Assembly (NCBI GenBank): GCA_963819655.1
Contig: CAWFXA010000001.1
Span: 1 to 64,000 of the forward strand
Source of the DNA: an uncultured Chloroflexia bacterium
GTDB taxonomy: Bacteria; Chloroflexota; Limnocylindria; Limnocylindrales; CSP1-4
DNA: 64,000 nt
Direction of reading: 5' to 3'
Within the stretch, counting starts at the first letter, position 1; every line of letters starts with the position of its first letter. Below, piece after piece: positions 10,475 to 20,420 of the stretch. Both the position numbers and the translations under genes were made by a program. The notes beneath the pieces were generated by a model. That model ran no database searches and was not told where the DNA came from. It saw only the letters and a program-made list of their open reading frames with translations.

Positions 10475-11689
10475 TCAGCGCAGCGATCGGAATGCAGCGC
10501 GCACCTCCTTCGAGAGCAGCTCCGGCTGCTCCCAGGCGGCGAAATGGCCACCACGGTCGACGACGTTGAAGTGGATGAGCTTCGGATACGCCTTCTCTGC
10601 CCAACTCCGGGGAGCCGGATACAGCTCGTCCGGGAACACGGTCACGCCAACGGGGATCTCAACGCCCTTGACGTCGAAGAACGCGAGATGGCTCTCCCAA
10701 TAGAGGCGGGCCGACGAGATCCCGCTCTTGGTCAGCCAGTAGTGGGTGACGTTGTCGAGGACGTCATCCCGCGAGACGCCGCCGGGGTTGCCGGCGAACG
10801 CGCGGGCGATCAGCTCGTAGCTGGCGACGTCGTGATCGAGCATCCAGGCTGCAAGCCCGACGGGCGAATCCTCGATCGCGTAGAGGGTCTGGGGGCGGTT
10901 CGCCATCTCGTTCGCGTACCCGACGCCGGTCGCGAAGAAGTGCTTGAGGATGTCGAAGGCGCGGTCCTCTTCGGCCGACAGGCCCGCGGGCTTCGGGCCG
11001 CCACTGGCGAGTGCCTTGGAGACGTTTGGTGGCACGGTCGCCGGCATGTTCGTATGGATCCCGAGCAGGCCCTCGGGCTTGAGCAGCGCCATCTGCTCGG
11101 TCACGGCGTTCCCCCAGTCGCCGCCCTGGGCGACGTACCGCTCATACCCGAGGCGCTTCATCAGGACGACCCAGGCCTTGGCGATGCGGATCGGGTCCCA
11201 GCCGGTCACCTTCGGCTTGCCCGAGAAACCGTGGCCCGGCAGTGACGGGATGACGAGATGGAACGCGTCGGCCGCGCTTGCGCCGTGGGCGGTTGGATCC
11301 GTCAGCGGCTCGATGATCTTCAGCTGCTCGACCGTCGACCCCGGCCAACCGTGGGTAACGATCAGCGGCAGGGCGTCCGCGTGCTGCGATCGGACGTGGA
11401 TGAAATGGATATCGACGCCATCGATCTCGGTAATGAAGTGCGGGAGGTCCGCGAAGCGGGCCTCGAATCGGCGCCAGTCGTACTCGGTCGCCCAGTAGCG
11501 AGCCAAGGCCTGGATCGTCTCGAGCCGGACGCCCTGACTGGGATCGATCTCACGATCGGGCCAGCGCGTGTTCGCGATCCGCCGAAGAAGATCGTCGATT
11601 GCCGCCTGCGTCACGTCGATCTGAAATGGTCGGATTGTTTCGGGGCCGGTGAGCTCAGCGGACTCCGTTGTTGGCTGTGTTACCGACAT
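10475..11689 (-). CDS. Epoxide hydrolase family protein (EHN domain) 2
   Basis: HGWPGS, QGGDWG, GGHFAAWEQP; AAGGAG RBS before MSVTQ. Confidence 0.93.
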   Translation of the reverse strand: MSVTQPTTESAELTGPETIRPFQIDVTQAAIDDLLRRIANTRWPDREIDPSQGVRLETIQALARYWATEYDWRRFEARFADLPHFITEIDGVDIHFIHVRSQHADALPLIVTHGWPGSTVEQLKIIEPLTDPTAHGASAADAFHLVIPSLPGHGFSGKPKVTGWDPIRIAKAWVVLMKRLGYERYVAQGGDWGNAVTEQMALLKPEGLLGIHTNMPATVPPNVSKALASGGPKPAGLSAEEDRAFDILKHFFATGVGYANEMANRPQTLYAIEDSPVGLAAWMLDHDVASYELIARAFAGNPGGVSRDDVLDNVTHYWLTKSGISSARLYWESHLAFFDVKGVEIPVGVTVFPDELYPAPRSWAEKAYPKLIHFNVVDRGGHFAAWEQPELLSKEVRAAFRSLR

Positions 11690-11772
11690 CGTCAGCTCCT
11701 TTCGCCGCGATGACCTCTGCCTCGCGGCGCCGTGCGTTGAACATGTACGAGAATCTCGTGGCGCCGCTTCGA

Positions 11773-11794
11773 TCGCGCCCGGGAACTCACTGGT
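11773..11794 (-). promoter_or_regulatory. Putative activator box (dialect B) upstream of the epoxide hydrolases
   Basis: Minus strand ACCAGTGAGTTCCCGGGCGCGA-N17-GATTCT; related boxes at 14941 and 54568. Confidence 0.6.
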
Positions 11795-12036
11795 TGCCCT
11801 CGCGGGACAGCGGTCGCGACTCACTGGCTCGTGCTGGCCGCGGGTCTCGGGGACCGATCGTGGTCGTCGGCGAGGGGCGGATTTGTTGTGCTGCGGAGAC
11901 GGCCAAGGGACGTCAACGCCTTCGTCAACGGCGCCTAACTCCGCATCTCTGTCGCGGGACGACACGCACCGATTCGAGTCCGCTTCGGGAGTAAGATGTC
12001 GAACGCGGCGACGACCCCCGAGGGAGGGCGACAGTC

Positions 12037-14805
12037 GTGAGATCCACGACAGACGCGGGACACCCGCTCATCGGAAGGCGCGAGGAATGCGCCCGGCTCG
12101 ATCGGCTGATCGCCGACGCGCGCAGCGGCACGAGCGCGGCCGTCACGGTGCGGGGTGAAGCCGGTGTTGGCAAGACAGCCCTGCTCGACTACGTCCTGGG
12201 ACACGCGGCCGGTTGTCGCGTCGTGCGCTCGTCCGGCGTGGAGTCGGAGATGGAGCTGCCTTACGCGGGCCTTCATCAGCTCTGTGCGCCGTTCCTAGCG
12301 CAGCTCGAACGGCTACCGGGTCCACAGGGCGAGGCTCTAGCCACAGCGTTCGGGTTGCGGTTTGGCCCCCCGCCGGATAGGTTTCTCGTCGGGCTCGCTG
12401 TGCTCACACTCCTCGCCGACGTTGCTGAAGCCCAACCATTGATCTGCCTGGTGGACGACGGGCAGTGGCTCGACCGGGCGTCGGCCCAGGTCTTCGGCTT
12501 CGTAGCTCGCCGGCTGGCGGCGGAGTCGGTCGTGATGCTTTTCGCCTTGCGTGAACCCTCCGACATTTCTGACTTCGCGGGTCTTCCGGAGCTAGCTGTC
12601 GGACCCCTCGGTGAGCAACACGCCCGGACCGTCCTCGCTTCTGCGGTCCCAGGTCGAATCGACGAGCCGGTCCGCGAGCGGATCCTTGCGGAGGCGGCAG
12701 GCAACCCGCTCGCTCTTCTCGAGCTTCCGCGAGGTTGGACACCAGCCGCATTCGCCGGCGGTTTCGGCCTGCCGGACACTCTTTCGGTTTCTGCCAAGGT
12801 CGAGGAGAGCTTCCGGCGCCGCCTCAGCCCCCTCCCACACGACACCCGGCGCCTGCTGCTGGTGGCGGCTGCCGAGCCACTCGGTGACGCTGCCTTAGTC
12901 CTCGCGGCCGCAGGGCACGTCGGGATCTCCACGGAGGCGGCGGAACCTGCCGCGACGTCGGGCCTGCTCGAGATCAACACCCGGGTTCGCTTCCGTCATC
13001 CCCTTGTCCGCTCAGTGGTGTACAGAGAAGCGTCGGCCGCCGAGCGCCGTCTGGTGCACGGAGCGCTTGCCCAGGCGACGGACCCCGTTGAAGATCCAGA
13101 TCGCCGGGCCTGGCACCTCGCCGCGGCAACAGCCGAACCGGACGAACAGGTCGCCATCGAGCTCGAGCGATCGGCCGTTCGTGCGCAGGCTCGGGGTGGT
13201 GTCGCGGCCGCGGCCGCATTTCTCCAGCGCGCCGCGGAGCTGACCCCCGACCCGTCGCGTCGTGCGGAGCGCGGGCTGGCCGCTGCGGAGGCCACATTTC
13301 TGGCCGGAGCGTTTGACATGGTGGAGCGGCTGGTGGCGAACGCGGAGGCCTATCCGCTCGATGGGTTCCAGCGCGCCAGAGCTGCATTGCTCCGCGGGCA
13401 CGTTGCCGTCGTTCGCGGCTACGGGAACGATGCGCCCCCGCTTCTTCTGGAGGCAGCAAGGCAGCTCGAACCCTTCGACCTCGATCTTGCTCGCGGCGCC
13501 TATCTCACAGCCTACGGTTCAGCGATGTCGGCCGCTCATCTCGCGCCGCCGGGCACCCTGCTCGCGCTGTGTCGTGCTGCCGAGGCTCTCCCTCCGCAAG
13601 GTGAGTCGCGTGGCTTGGACCTCCTGCTTGAAGGCCTGGCGCGGATGCACACAGACGGCCGCGCTGTCGCTCTTCCCATCCTGCAGCGAGCAGTGAGCGG
13701 GGTTGCGGAACTTCCCGCGAGCGACGTCGTGCGCTGGGGCTGGTGCACACCGATGGCCAGCAACGTCGCCTGGGACGCCGACGCTGCCACGGCGATCTTC
13801 GAGCGACAGGCCGGCATCGTTCGCGATGCCGGTGCGCTGGCGGAGCTTCCACTCTTCCTTCACGCGCTGGCACAAGACCGCTTGTGGAGCGGAGAGTTTG
13901 AGAGTGCCGCGCAGTTGATCGCTGAAGGCGACGACGTGGCAGCTGCGATAGGGAACCGTATCCCGCCATTCACCTATCTGCGACTTCTCGCTCTGCAAGG
14001 CAAGGAAGCGGAAGCGGTCGCGCTTATCGAAGCCGCGACTGCGATGGGCGAGACCATCGGTGCGGGTCTGGCCATCAGGATCGCCCAGTGGGCATCGGCA
14101 ACCCTCTACAACGCCATGGGCCGGTATGACGAAGCGGCCCGCGCGGCCATCTTGGTCACGACCAACGACATCGATCCCTATTACTGGATGTGGGTGCTGC
14201 CGGAGCTCATCGAGGCGGCGGTCCGGTCGGGAGATCCCGAAACGGCACGCGTGGCGCTCGAACGGCTGGCGGAGGCGACGCTGCCGGCCGGCACGGAATT
14301 CGCGCTCGGAATCGAGGCTCGCTCGCGCGCCTTGCTAAATGACGGCGGCGTCGCCGAGCGGCTGTACCAAGAGGCCATCGGTCGCCTCGGCCGGACGCGC
14401 CTCCGCCCGGACCTCGCGCGAGCGCATCTTCTCTACGGGGAGTGGCTCCGACGGGAAGGCAGACGGGTTGACGCCCGGAACCAGCTCCGAGCGGCATACG
14501 ACCTGTTCATCGCGATCGGTATGGAGGAGTTCGCCGACAGGGCGCGTCGGGAGCTTCTGGCCACCGGCGAAGCCGTCCGCCAACGGAGCGTCGAGACGCA
14601 GGATCAGCTCACGCCGCAGGAGCTGCAGATCGCCCGCCTCGCCGCCGATGGCCACACCAACCCGGAGATCGGCGTCCAGCTCTACCTGAGCCGACGGACG
14701 GTCGAATGGCACCTCCGCAAGGTGTTCGGCAAACTTGAGATCGGTTCCCGCCGAGAGCTCCCGGCGGTGCTCGGGCGAGCGGCAAGGGACCACGCTCAGG
14801 TCTAG
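12037..14805 (+). CDS. Large AAA-ATPase/LuxR-HTH transcriptional regulator 1
   Basis: GEAGVGKT Walker A, LVDDGQWLD, GNPLALLE, FRHPLVRS, C-terminal LTPQE..IA..AA.G.TNPEIG..LYLS.RTVE.HL. Confidence 0.93.
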   Translation: MRSTTDAGHPLIGRREECARLDRLIADARSGTSAAVTVRGEAGVGKTALLDYVLGHAAGCRVVRSSGVESEMELPYAGLHQLCAPFLAQLERLPGPQGEALATAFGLRFGPPPDRFLVGLAVLTLLADVAEAQPLICLVDDGQWLDRASAQVFGFVARRLAAESVVMLFALREPSDISDFAGLPELAVGPLGEQHARTVLASAVPGRIDEPVRERILAEAAGNPLALLELPRGWTPAAFAGGFGLPDTLSVSAKVEESFRRRLSPLPHDTRRLLLVAAAEPLGDAALVLAAAGHVGISTEAAEPAATSGLLEINTRVRFRHPLVRSVVYREASAAERRLVHGALAQATDPVEDPDRRAWHLAAATAEPDEQVAIELERSAVRAQARGGVAAAAAFLQRAAELTPDPSRRAERGLAAAEATFLAGAFDMVERLVANAEAYPLDGFQRARAALLRGHVAVVRGYGNDAPPLLLEAARQLEPFDLDLARGAYLTAYGSAMSAAHLAPPGTLLALCRAAEALPPQGESRGLDLLLEGLARMHTDGRAVALPILQRAVSGVAELPASDVVRWGWCTPMASNVAWDADAATAIFERQAGIVRDAGALAELPLFLHALAQDRLWSGEFESAAQLIAEGDDVAAAIGNRIPPFTYLRLLALQGKEAEAVALIEAATAMGETIGAGLAIRIAQWASATLYNAMGRYDEAARAAILVTTNDIDPYYWMWVLPELIEAAVRSGDPETARVALERLAEATLPAGTEFALGIEARSRALLNDGGVAERLYQEAIGRLGRTRLRPDLARAHLLYGEWLRREGRRVDARNQLRAAYDLFIAIGMEEFADRARRELLATGEAVRQRSVETQDQLTPQELQIARLAADGHTNPEIGVQLYLSRRTVEWHLRKVFGKLEIGSRRELPAVLGRAARDHAQV

Positions 14806-14940
14806 GGCGCACAGCTCTCTCGTGGTTGCCACTCGAGCTTGGGGTCACTGGCCCACATGGGACCACGCGGCGTGCGCGCAGTTATGCGGCGGATTGCCAG
14901 GTTTCCTGACAGTGCGAGGAGCCGGCTCGTCAGCGGCCGA

Positions 14941-14986
14941 ACCAGTGACTCTCACGGGCGCGAACCGGCGCCCGTCGGGCGACATT
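14941..14986 (+). promoter_or_regulatory. Putative activator box (dialect B) plus -10 upstream of VOC gene
   Basis: ACCAGTGACTCTCACGGGCGCGA-N17-GACATT. Confidence 0.6.
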
Positions 14987-15042
14987 AGCCCGAGCGCGCC
15001 GCGGTGACGCGTGCATGGCGAACCGGAGTTGACTCTGTGGAC

Positions 15043-15480
15043 ATGAAGCTAGAGGTCGTCGTCCTGCCCGTGTCGGATGTCAATGGCGCAAAGACCTTCT
15101 ATCTGTCCGCCGGGTTCCGGGAGGACTTGGACTATTCCTCCGGCGGCGACTTCCGCGTCGTGCAGTTCACGCCGCCGGGTTCGGGTGCCTCGATCGTCTT
15201 CGGGATAGGTATCACCGACGCACCCCCGGGATCGGTCGAGGGGCTCCAGCTCGTCGTGCCCGACATCGAGGCCGCCAGGATGGCCCTGATCAGTCGTGGC
15301 GTCGATGTCACCGACGTATTCCATGACATCGGTGGCGTGTTTTACCACCGTTCGCCGGCGTACGAGATTCCCGGCGTGGACCCTGACCAAAGGTCCTACG
15401 GGTCATTCGCTCGGTTTTCCGATCCGGACGGCAACGAATGGGTCCTCCAAGAGGTCCGCCAGCGCGCACCCGGCAGGTGA
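15043..15480 (+). CDS. VOC/glyoxalase family protein
   Basis: MKLEVVVLPVSDV, VVQFTPPGS, FSDPDGNEWVLQE. Confidence 0.9.
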   Translation: MKLEVVVLPVSDVNGAKTFYLSAGFREDLDYSSGGDFRVVQFTPPGSGASIVFGIGITDAPPGSVEGLQLVVPDIEAARMALISRGVDVTDVFHDIGGVFYHRSPAYEIPGVDPDQRSYGSFARFSDPDGNEWVLQEVRQRAPGR

Positions 15481-15570
15481 CAATCTACGCCCTGGGACCG
15501 CGGGCTGAGCGGCCCAAAGATCGTCACGAGGGGTCACGACTCTCACGCGGACAGCGGTGGCTCGGCTGGA

Positions 15571-15810
15571 TCATCGACCTATCTGCAGGCGGGCGAGCGC
15601 GTGTGCCTGCTCGATCGTCGCGGGATATAGGGAGCGGTAGATCGCATACAGCTGGTCATAGACCACACGACTGTCCGGTGACGGCGCGACGATCTCGGCC
15701 ACCGAATTCCAGCTCGCATCGGCCGGCACGAGCCCGGTGCCGATCGCGGCCAGCGGGGCGCCGCCGTAGCACGCCCCAATCGTCTCGGCAGGAAGCTCCT
15801 GGGATCCGCC
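15571..15810 (-). pseudogene. C-terminal remnant of an FGGY-family carbohydrate kinase
   Basis: QELPAETIGACYGGA.LAAIG.G...YDQLYAIYRSLYPAT. Confidence 0.6.
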
Positions 15811-15891
15811 GATCGCGGCTGCTGGCGGGGGTGGCCTCCACAGGCACAGCATACGAGCCTGATCGCCTGGCGAGAGACGAGCGTCGCCGAT

Positions 15892-15970
15892 GGGGGCGGT
15901 CGGGTCGATGATCCGCCGTGTCGCCGAGCTGATGCCGCCAGCGCCCACGAGCACGTCCCCCGCCGCCTCG
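15892..15970 (-). pseudogene. Internal remnant of an FAD-dependent monooxygenase
   Basis: GDVLVGAGGISSATRRIIDP resembles the D.LVGADG..S.VR motif. Confidence 0.45.
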
Positions 15971-16102
15971 GTGCTACGCCGCGGACGAGCAGAGAACGGG
16001 AGGTTCGCGCTCACTCTGACTTTTCGAGGTCGTCGAAAGTCGTGAGTTGTTGGTTGGTGCTTTCTTGCTCTGCGAGAGTGGGGTGAACTGCCGTCGCCGC
16101 CC

Positions 16103-16912
16103 TTATCCGGTGATCTCCGCACGTTCGGTGAAGCCTGTCGCGACGACGAGCGAGCCGACGAGCCACACGCCGAGCAACAGCAGGGCCAGATCGGGCGAGA
16201 CGCTTGTGGCAGGGGCCGCTCCACCACCGAATCCACCCCCGCCGCTCGTCGCTGAGCCGAGGGCGGTGGTCGAGAGCTGGAATGGCAGGTACTGGACGAC
16301 GTTGGGGAGGAAGACCGCGGCGAAGGTGCCCGCGAAATAGACGCCGATCCCGACGCCGATCCCCGCCAGTTGGCTACGGGCCAGCGTCGCGATCCCGTAT
16401 CCCAGCGCGCCGAGCGTGACGATGCCGACAGCCCCACGCGCCAGGTTCGCCGGCAACTGCACCAGTGCGTCGCTGTTGCCGAGACCGTCGAGCGAAACCG
16501 CCGCGAGGGTGGCGCCAACGGCCGCCGCCCCGACGCCGATGGCGAACGAGATCAGCAGGGCGACCATCGCGACCACGGCAATGCCGGCGAACGTCGCCGA
16601 CGCATACAGGGTGCGACTCTCGCCGCGCGCGACGACCGCCTTGAGGGTCCCCCAGGACCACTCGGAGCCGGCGATCGCCGCGCCGTAGATGAGGGCGAAC
16701 AAACCGCCCAGGCCGACCGTGAAGCCGAGGATCTGGTCGTACGCCCCCGGGAAGGTGACGAGACTGAGCGGATCGAATTCGCCCTCAGCGCCGCCACCAG
16801 TCGCTGCGACGGCCAGCAGGATGAGGACGAGCAGCCCCGCCAGCAGCCCAAACGTCACCCAAGTCGCCGGGCGTCGGACGAGCTTGCGGAGTGTCGAATA
16901 GAAGATGCTCAT
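16103..16912 (-). CDS. ABC-2 type transporter permease
   Basis: GSEWSWGTLK..VARG.SR, 6 TM, ends FTERAEITG. Confidence 0.88.
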   Translation of the reverse strand: MSIFYSTLRKLVRRPATWVTFGLLAGLLVLILLAVAATGGGAEGEFDPLSLVTFPGAYDQILGFTVGLGGLFALIYGAAIAGSEWSWGTLKAVVARGESRTLYASATFAGIAVVAMVALLISFAIGVGAAAVGATLAAVSLDGLGNSDALVQLPANLARGAVGIVTLGALGYGIATLARSQLAGIGVGIGVYFAGTFAAVFLPNVVQYLPFQLSTTALGSATSGGGGFGGGAAPATSVSPDLALLLLGVWLVGSLVVATGFTERAEITG

Positions 16913-17904
16913 GACCGAGCCTCCGTCATCGTGATCGCCGGGGCCCGTTGAACGATGCCCTCGGATGGGCCTGGGCCGGTGCCATTGGTTAGCCGCAGGA
17001 ACAGTTCCTCGAGGTCGGTCCCGAACTCGATCTGCGAGGCGAATACACCGGCCTGGGCGAGGACCGCGTTGAGGCCCTCACTCCGATCGGTGTTGATGTG
17101 GACCTCGATCCAGCCGACGTCGGAATCGGACACGCGAACGAGTTCTGGTGCCGCGAATCCCGCCAGGATCCCGGCCGCCCGCGGGACATCAGCCGGACGG
17201 ACCCGGACGCGCACGTCGCCCTCGCTTTCGAGGAGCGTCGTGATGCTGCCCTCGCGGACGATGCGACCGGAGGCGATGATTCCGACGTAGTCCGCCATGT
17301 GCCGGACCTCGGCGAGGAGGTGGCTCGAGACGAAGACGGTCTTGCCGACGGACGTGAGGTTGCGCAGCATCTCGCGCATCGCGACGATCCCTGCGGGATC
17401 GAGGCCGTTGGACGGCTCATCGAGTAGCAGGAGCCGAGGATCGCTCAGCAGCGCGGCTGCGATCCCCAGGCGCTGCTTCATGCCAAGCGAGAACTGGCCC
17501 ACTGGCTCGGCGGCGCGCTCGCGCAACCCGACCAGCTCGAGCACCGCCTCGATCTGGGCTGCGGACGTCGGCGCCCCGGTCGCCCCCAGCTCGCGAAGGT
17601 TCGCGCGCGCCGAGAGATAGGGATAGAAGGAGGGGTTCTCGACCAGCGCACCGACCTCGAACAGCAGGCGCCGATCGTCGCGCGCGAATCGCCTGCCAAA
17701 GATCTCGATCGTCCCCTCGTCGGGGTGCAGCAGGCCCGTCAGCAGGCGCATCGTTGTCGTCTTGCCGGCGCCATTGGGTCCCAGGAAGCCATACACGGTC
17801 CCGGCAGGCACTGTCAGGTCAAGCCCGTCGAGGGCCTGGCGCGATCCGTAACGCTTGCGCAAGCCCCTGGTGACCAGCGCGGGTCCATGTCCTGATTCGC
17901 TCAT
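16909..17904 (-). CDS. ABC transporter ATP-binding protein
   Basis: GPNGAGKT, FSLGMKQR, LLLDEP, SSHLL. Confidence 0.95.
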   Translation of the reverse strand: MSESGHGPALVTRGLRKRYGSRQALDGLDLTVPAGTVYGFLGPNGAGKTTTMRLLTGLLHPDEGTIEIFGRRFARDDRRLLFEVGALVENPSFYPYLSARANLRELGATGAPTSAAQIEAVLELVGLRERAAEPVGQFSLGMKQRLGIAAALLSDPRLLLLDEPSNGLDPAGIVAMREMLRNLTSVGKTVFVSSHLLAEVRHMADYVGIIASGRIVREGSITTLLESEGDVRVRVRPADVPRAAGILAGFAAPELVRVSDSDVGWIEVHINTDRSEGLNAVLAQAGVFASQIEFGTDLEELFLRLTNGTGPGPSEGIVQRAPAITMTEARS

Positions 17905-17931
17905 CGTGTCGCTCCGGTACCGTCCAGCGTG

Positions 17932-17950
17932 TGCGTGAACTATTCACGCA
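17932..17950. promoter_or_regulatory. Palindromic operator, probably for the MarR regulator
   Basis: TGCGTGAA-CTA-TTCACGCA perfect palindrome in divergent intergenic; half-site repeated near 17964. Confidence 0.7.
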
Positions 17951-18007
17951 TTCTGGGCGCAGATGCGTGAAGTTGTCAACTAGTGAAGTTGCGGCTATAT
18001 TGAGGGC

Positions 18008-18466
18008 ATGAAAGAGCCGTTGCTGCCGCCGCCGGAAGCAGAGTCGATCGCCTACCAGATCGTCCATGGCGTGATGGAGCTCGCGAACGGCCTCGAGCGG
18101 GACGCCGCCAAGGCCGTGGACGATCTTCAGATTTCGAGGCCGCTCGCCAAGGCGTTGTGGCAGCTCGACCCACGACAGGGCCCTTTTTCGCGGCGCTCGC
18201 TCGCAGCCCGACTTATGTGTGACCCGTCGAACGTGACATTCCTGGCAGATCGGCTCGAAGAACGTGGACTCGTCGAGCGAGCGAGCGACCCGCATGATCG
18301 TCGCGTGAAGGCCCTGCAACTGACCCCCGCTGGGGTCGAAATGCGCTCTCGGCTGGTGGCGGCGGCCGTCGGCTGCCCGACGTTTGCCCGTCTCAGTCCG
18401 AAGCAGCGCCGGGATCTGGCTGAGCTCTTCGGTCAAGCGCTCGGAAAAGCCTCCGCGTCGGACTAG
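18008..18466 (+). CDS. MarR family regulator
   Basis: CDPSNVT..ADRLEERGLVER..DP.DRRVK.L.LT. Confidence 0.92.
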   Translation: MKEPLLPPPEAESIAYQIVHGVMELANGLERDAAKAVDDLQISRPLAKALWQLDPRQGPFSRRSLAARLMCDPSNVTFLADRLEERGLVERASDPHDRRVKALQLTPAGVEMRSRLVAAAVGCPTFARLSPKQRRDLAELFGQALGKASASD

Positions 18467-18567
18467 GCACGACCAACGAGCGCCGCCCTGGCGCCCAACG
18501 CCACCGCGGCTGTCTGAAGGCGGTGGGCTGGGCTGCCGGTCCCCCAAGCCGCGGATGTCCTTTGGCC

Positions 18568-19179
18568 TCAGCTGGACGTGACCATGCGGCCCTGGCGCAC
18601 GGAAGCCGCGTCCGAGAGGGTCGATACAAGAGCATCGGCCAGGTCGGCACGGCTGATCGTGCCGACGTCGGTCAACGTTCCTTGAACGGTGCGGTAGCCA
18701 CCGCTTGGAGGCTCGTCAGTGAGGCGGGTGGCATACACGATCGTCCAGTCGATGTCGGAGCGTTTGATCAGCGTTTCGCCGGCCGCCTTGTCCGTGACGA
18801 TGCCCTGCATCGCGATTCGCGCCAGCTTCATGATGCCTTTGGCCTTGTAGGTCGGACTCGCGGCGAATGTTGAGAGCATCACGAGCCGATTGACATGGGC
18901 GCTCGGCATCGCCTCGAGCAGCGCTTTCGTCGAGCTCTCGATCAGCTTCTCCTTCGCGTTCAGGCCGGTGCCCAGGGTGCTGATCACGGCGTCCTGGCCG
19001 CGTAGCGCCTTGCGCAGGTCTTCGACGCTGCGCGCATCGCCGACGGCGATCGTGACGTCATCGCGATCGAGCTTCTTCGGGTCGCGAACGAAGGCGGTTA
19101 CGGTGTGCCCGGCTGCGAGTGATTGCGCAACGACCTCGCGGCCAGTCTTGCCGGCTGCTCCAAGGACGAGGATGTTCAT
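18568..19179 (-). CDS. NAD(P)H-binding protein (BVR-B/NmrA-like atypical SDR)
   Basis: ILVLGAAGKTG, SDIDWTIV, ISRADLA. Confidence 0.88.
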   Translation of the reverse strand: MNILVLGAAGKTGREVVAQSLAAGHTVTAFVRDPKKLDRDDVTIAVGDARSVEDLRKALRGQDAVISTLGTGLNAKEKLIESSTKALLEAMPSAHVNRLVMLSTFAASPTYKAKGIMKLARIAMQGIVTDKAAGETLIKRSDIDWTIVYATRLTDEPPSGGYRTVQGTLTDVGTISRADLADALVSTLSDAASVRQGRMVTSS

Positions 19180-19207
19180 GGCTATGTCTCCTTGACTCTT
19201 GGTTTTC

Positions 19208-20314
19208 TTAGTCGTCCTGGGACCGGGCGTGGCCGAAGTACATGAGCTCCCAGATCGCGTCCTGGGTGGCGAACTGATCGACGATCTCGCCGCCAACGGA
19301 GTGCTCCACGCGGATCTCGCCCGAGAAGCGCAGGTAGGCGCCATCGAACCGGAGCAGCTCTGCAGCCGCGCGCTTGACGCCGTTCAGGCGCTCGATCATC
19401 CGGTTGCGCAGAAGGTCACGATGGCGGGTGAACGTCACCACGTAGCGCTCGTCGTCAGTCCCGTACGTGTAGCGGGTGATGCTCGCCACCGGCTTCCTCG
19501 TGACCGAGTCGGTGTACGTGCCGAGTGTTTCGAATGCCAGCAGCGAGGTGTCATCGCCGATGAGCTCGCCGTCCCGTGCCAGCATGAAGATCGGAATTGC
19601 GGTGAAGTCGTATTTCTCGTGCGCCGTGATGTATGAAGCGATCACGGAGTACGGTCCGGCCTGGCCGCGAGCCCAGTACCAGTCGTGGATGACGTTCATC
19701 ATCCCGACGTTGCCCCAGTTGTGGTCGTGATACCCGGTGCCCGTGGTCTCGTGCCGCTCGTCGCCGATGCTGTAGGTCGCGGTCACTCGGCCCTGGGGCA
19801 CTGACGGAAGCCAGGAGAACTCGAGGTTCCGTTCCTCACCGAAGAGCATGTAACCGGTCTTGGGTCGCCATGACGAGACCTCGCGTTCGAGCGTGATGTC
19901 GACAGCGATCTCGTCCACCATCGCCTTGATGCGGTAGGTGCGCAGGTCGCCGGTGAAGCTGTTCTCGCCGATCCGGACGTCGGCATGGTCCTTGGCGCTG
20001 CTCCACAGGGCGGGATCGAAGTTGACGATCTTCTCGAAGCTGCGCCCGTCGGCGAGATCGAGGTTCAGCCGGATCGTTGGACTCAGCGGCTTCTGAGGGG
20101 TCGCGAAGTCCTTGTCCATGAAGACGACGACCAACTTGGCGCCGTCGTCGAGGTGGGCGTCGAAATACCACCATTCGTAGCTGCCCGGACGGTCGTCGGT
20201 GCGGGCGCCGTCCTCCCACGGCTCGATGTGATCCCGGGTCAATCCCAGTCGGGCGTAGTCGCTGTCCGAGCTGGCGATTTCGGCCAGCGGTGCAGGCGTT
20301 GTGGTCACAGTCAT
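19208..20314 (-). CDS. AttH/CrtC-like (lipocalin-like hydratase/cyclase fold) protein
   Basis: YEWWYFD, GYHDHNWG, WYWARG motifs. Confidence 0.7.
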   Translation of the reverse strand: MTVTTTPAPLAEIASSDSDYARLGLTRDHIEPWEDGARTDDRPGSYEWWYFDAHLDDGAKLVVVFMDKDFATPQKPLSPTIRLNLDLADGRSFEKIVNFDPALWSSAKDHADVRIGENSFTGDLRTYRIKAMVDEIAVDITLEREVSSWRPKTGYMLFGEERNLEFSWLPSVPQGRVTATYSIGDERHETTGTGYHDHNWGNVGMMNVIHDWYWARGQAGPYSVIASYITAHEKYDFTAIPIFMLARDGELIGDDTSLLAFETLGTYTDSVTRKPVASITRYTYGTDDERYVVTFTRHRDLLRNRMIERLNGVKRAAAELLRFDGAYLRFSGEIRVEHSVGGEIVDQFATQDAIWELMYFGHARSQDD

Positions 20315-20327
20315 TGCGCTCTCCAAA

Positions 20328-20387
20328 CTTGACGACTGTCAGAATTAGACTTCGTGTACCGTAGGCGCTAATCTGACACCTGTCAAG
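20328..20387. promoter_or_regulatory. Pair of TetR-type operators
   Basis: TGACGACTGTCA and TGACACCTGTCA, arranged as an inverted pair in the divergent intergenic. Confidence 0.7.
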
Positions 20388-20420
20388 CCGCCGCTATCGC
20401 CCGATACGAGGTCATCGCCC

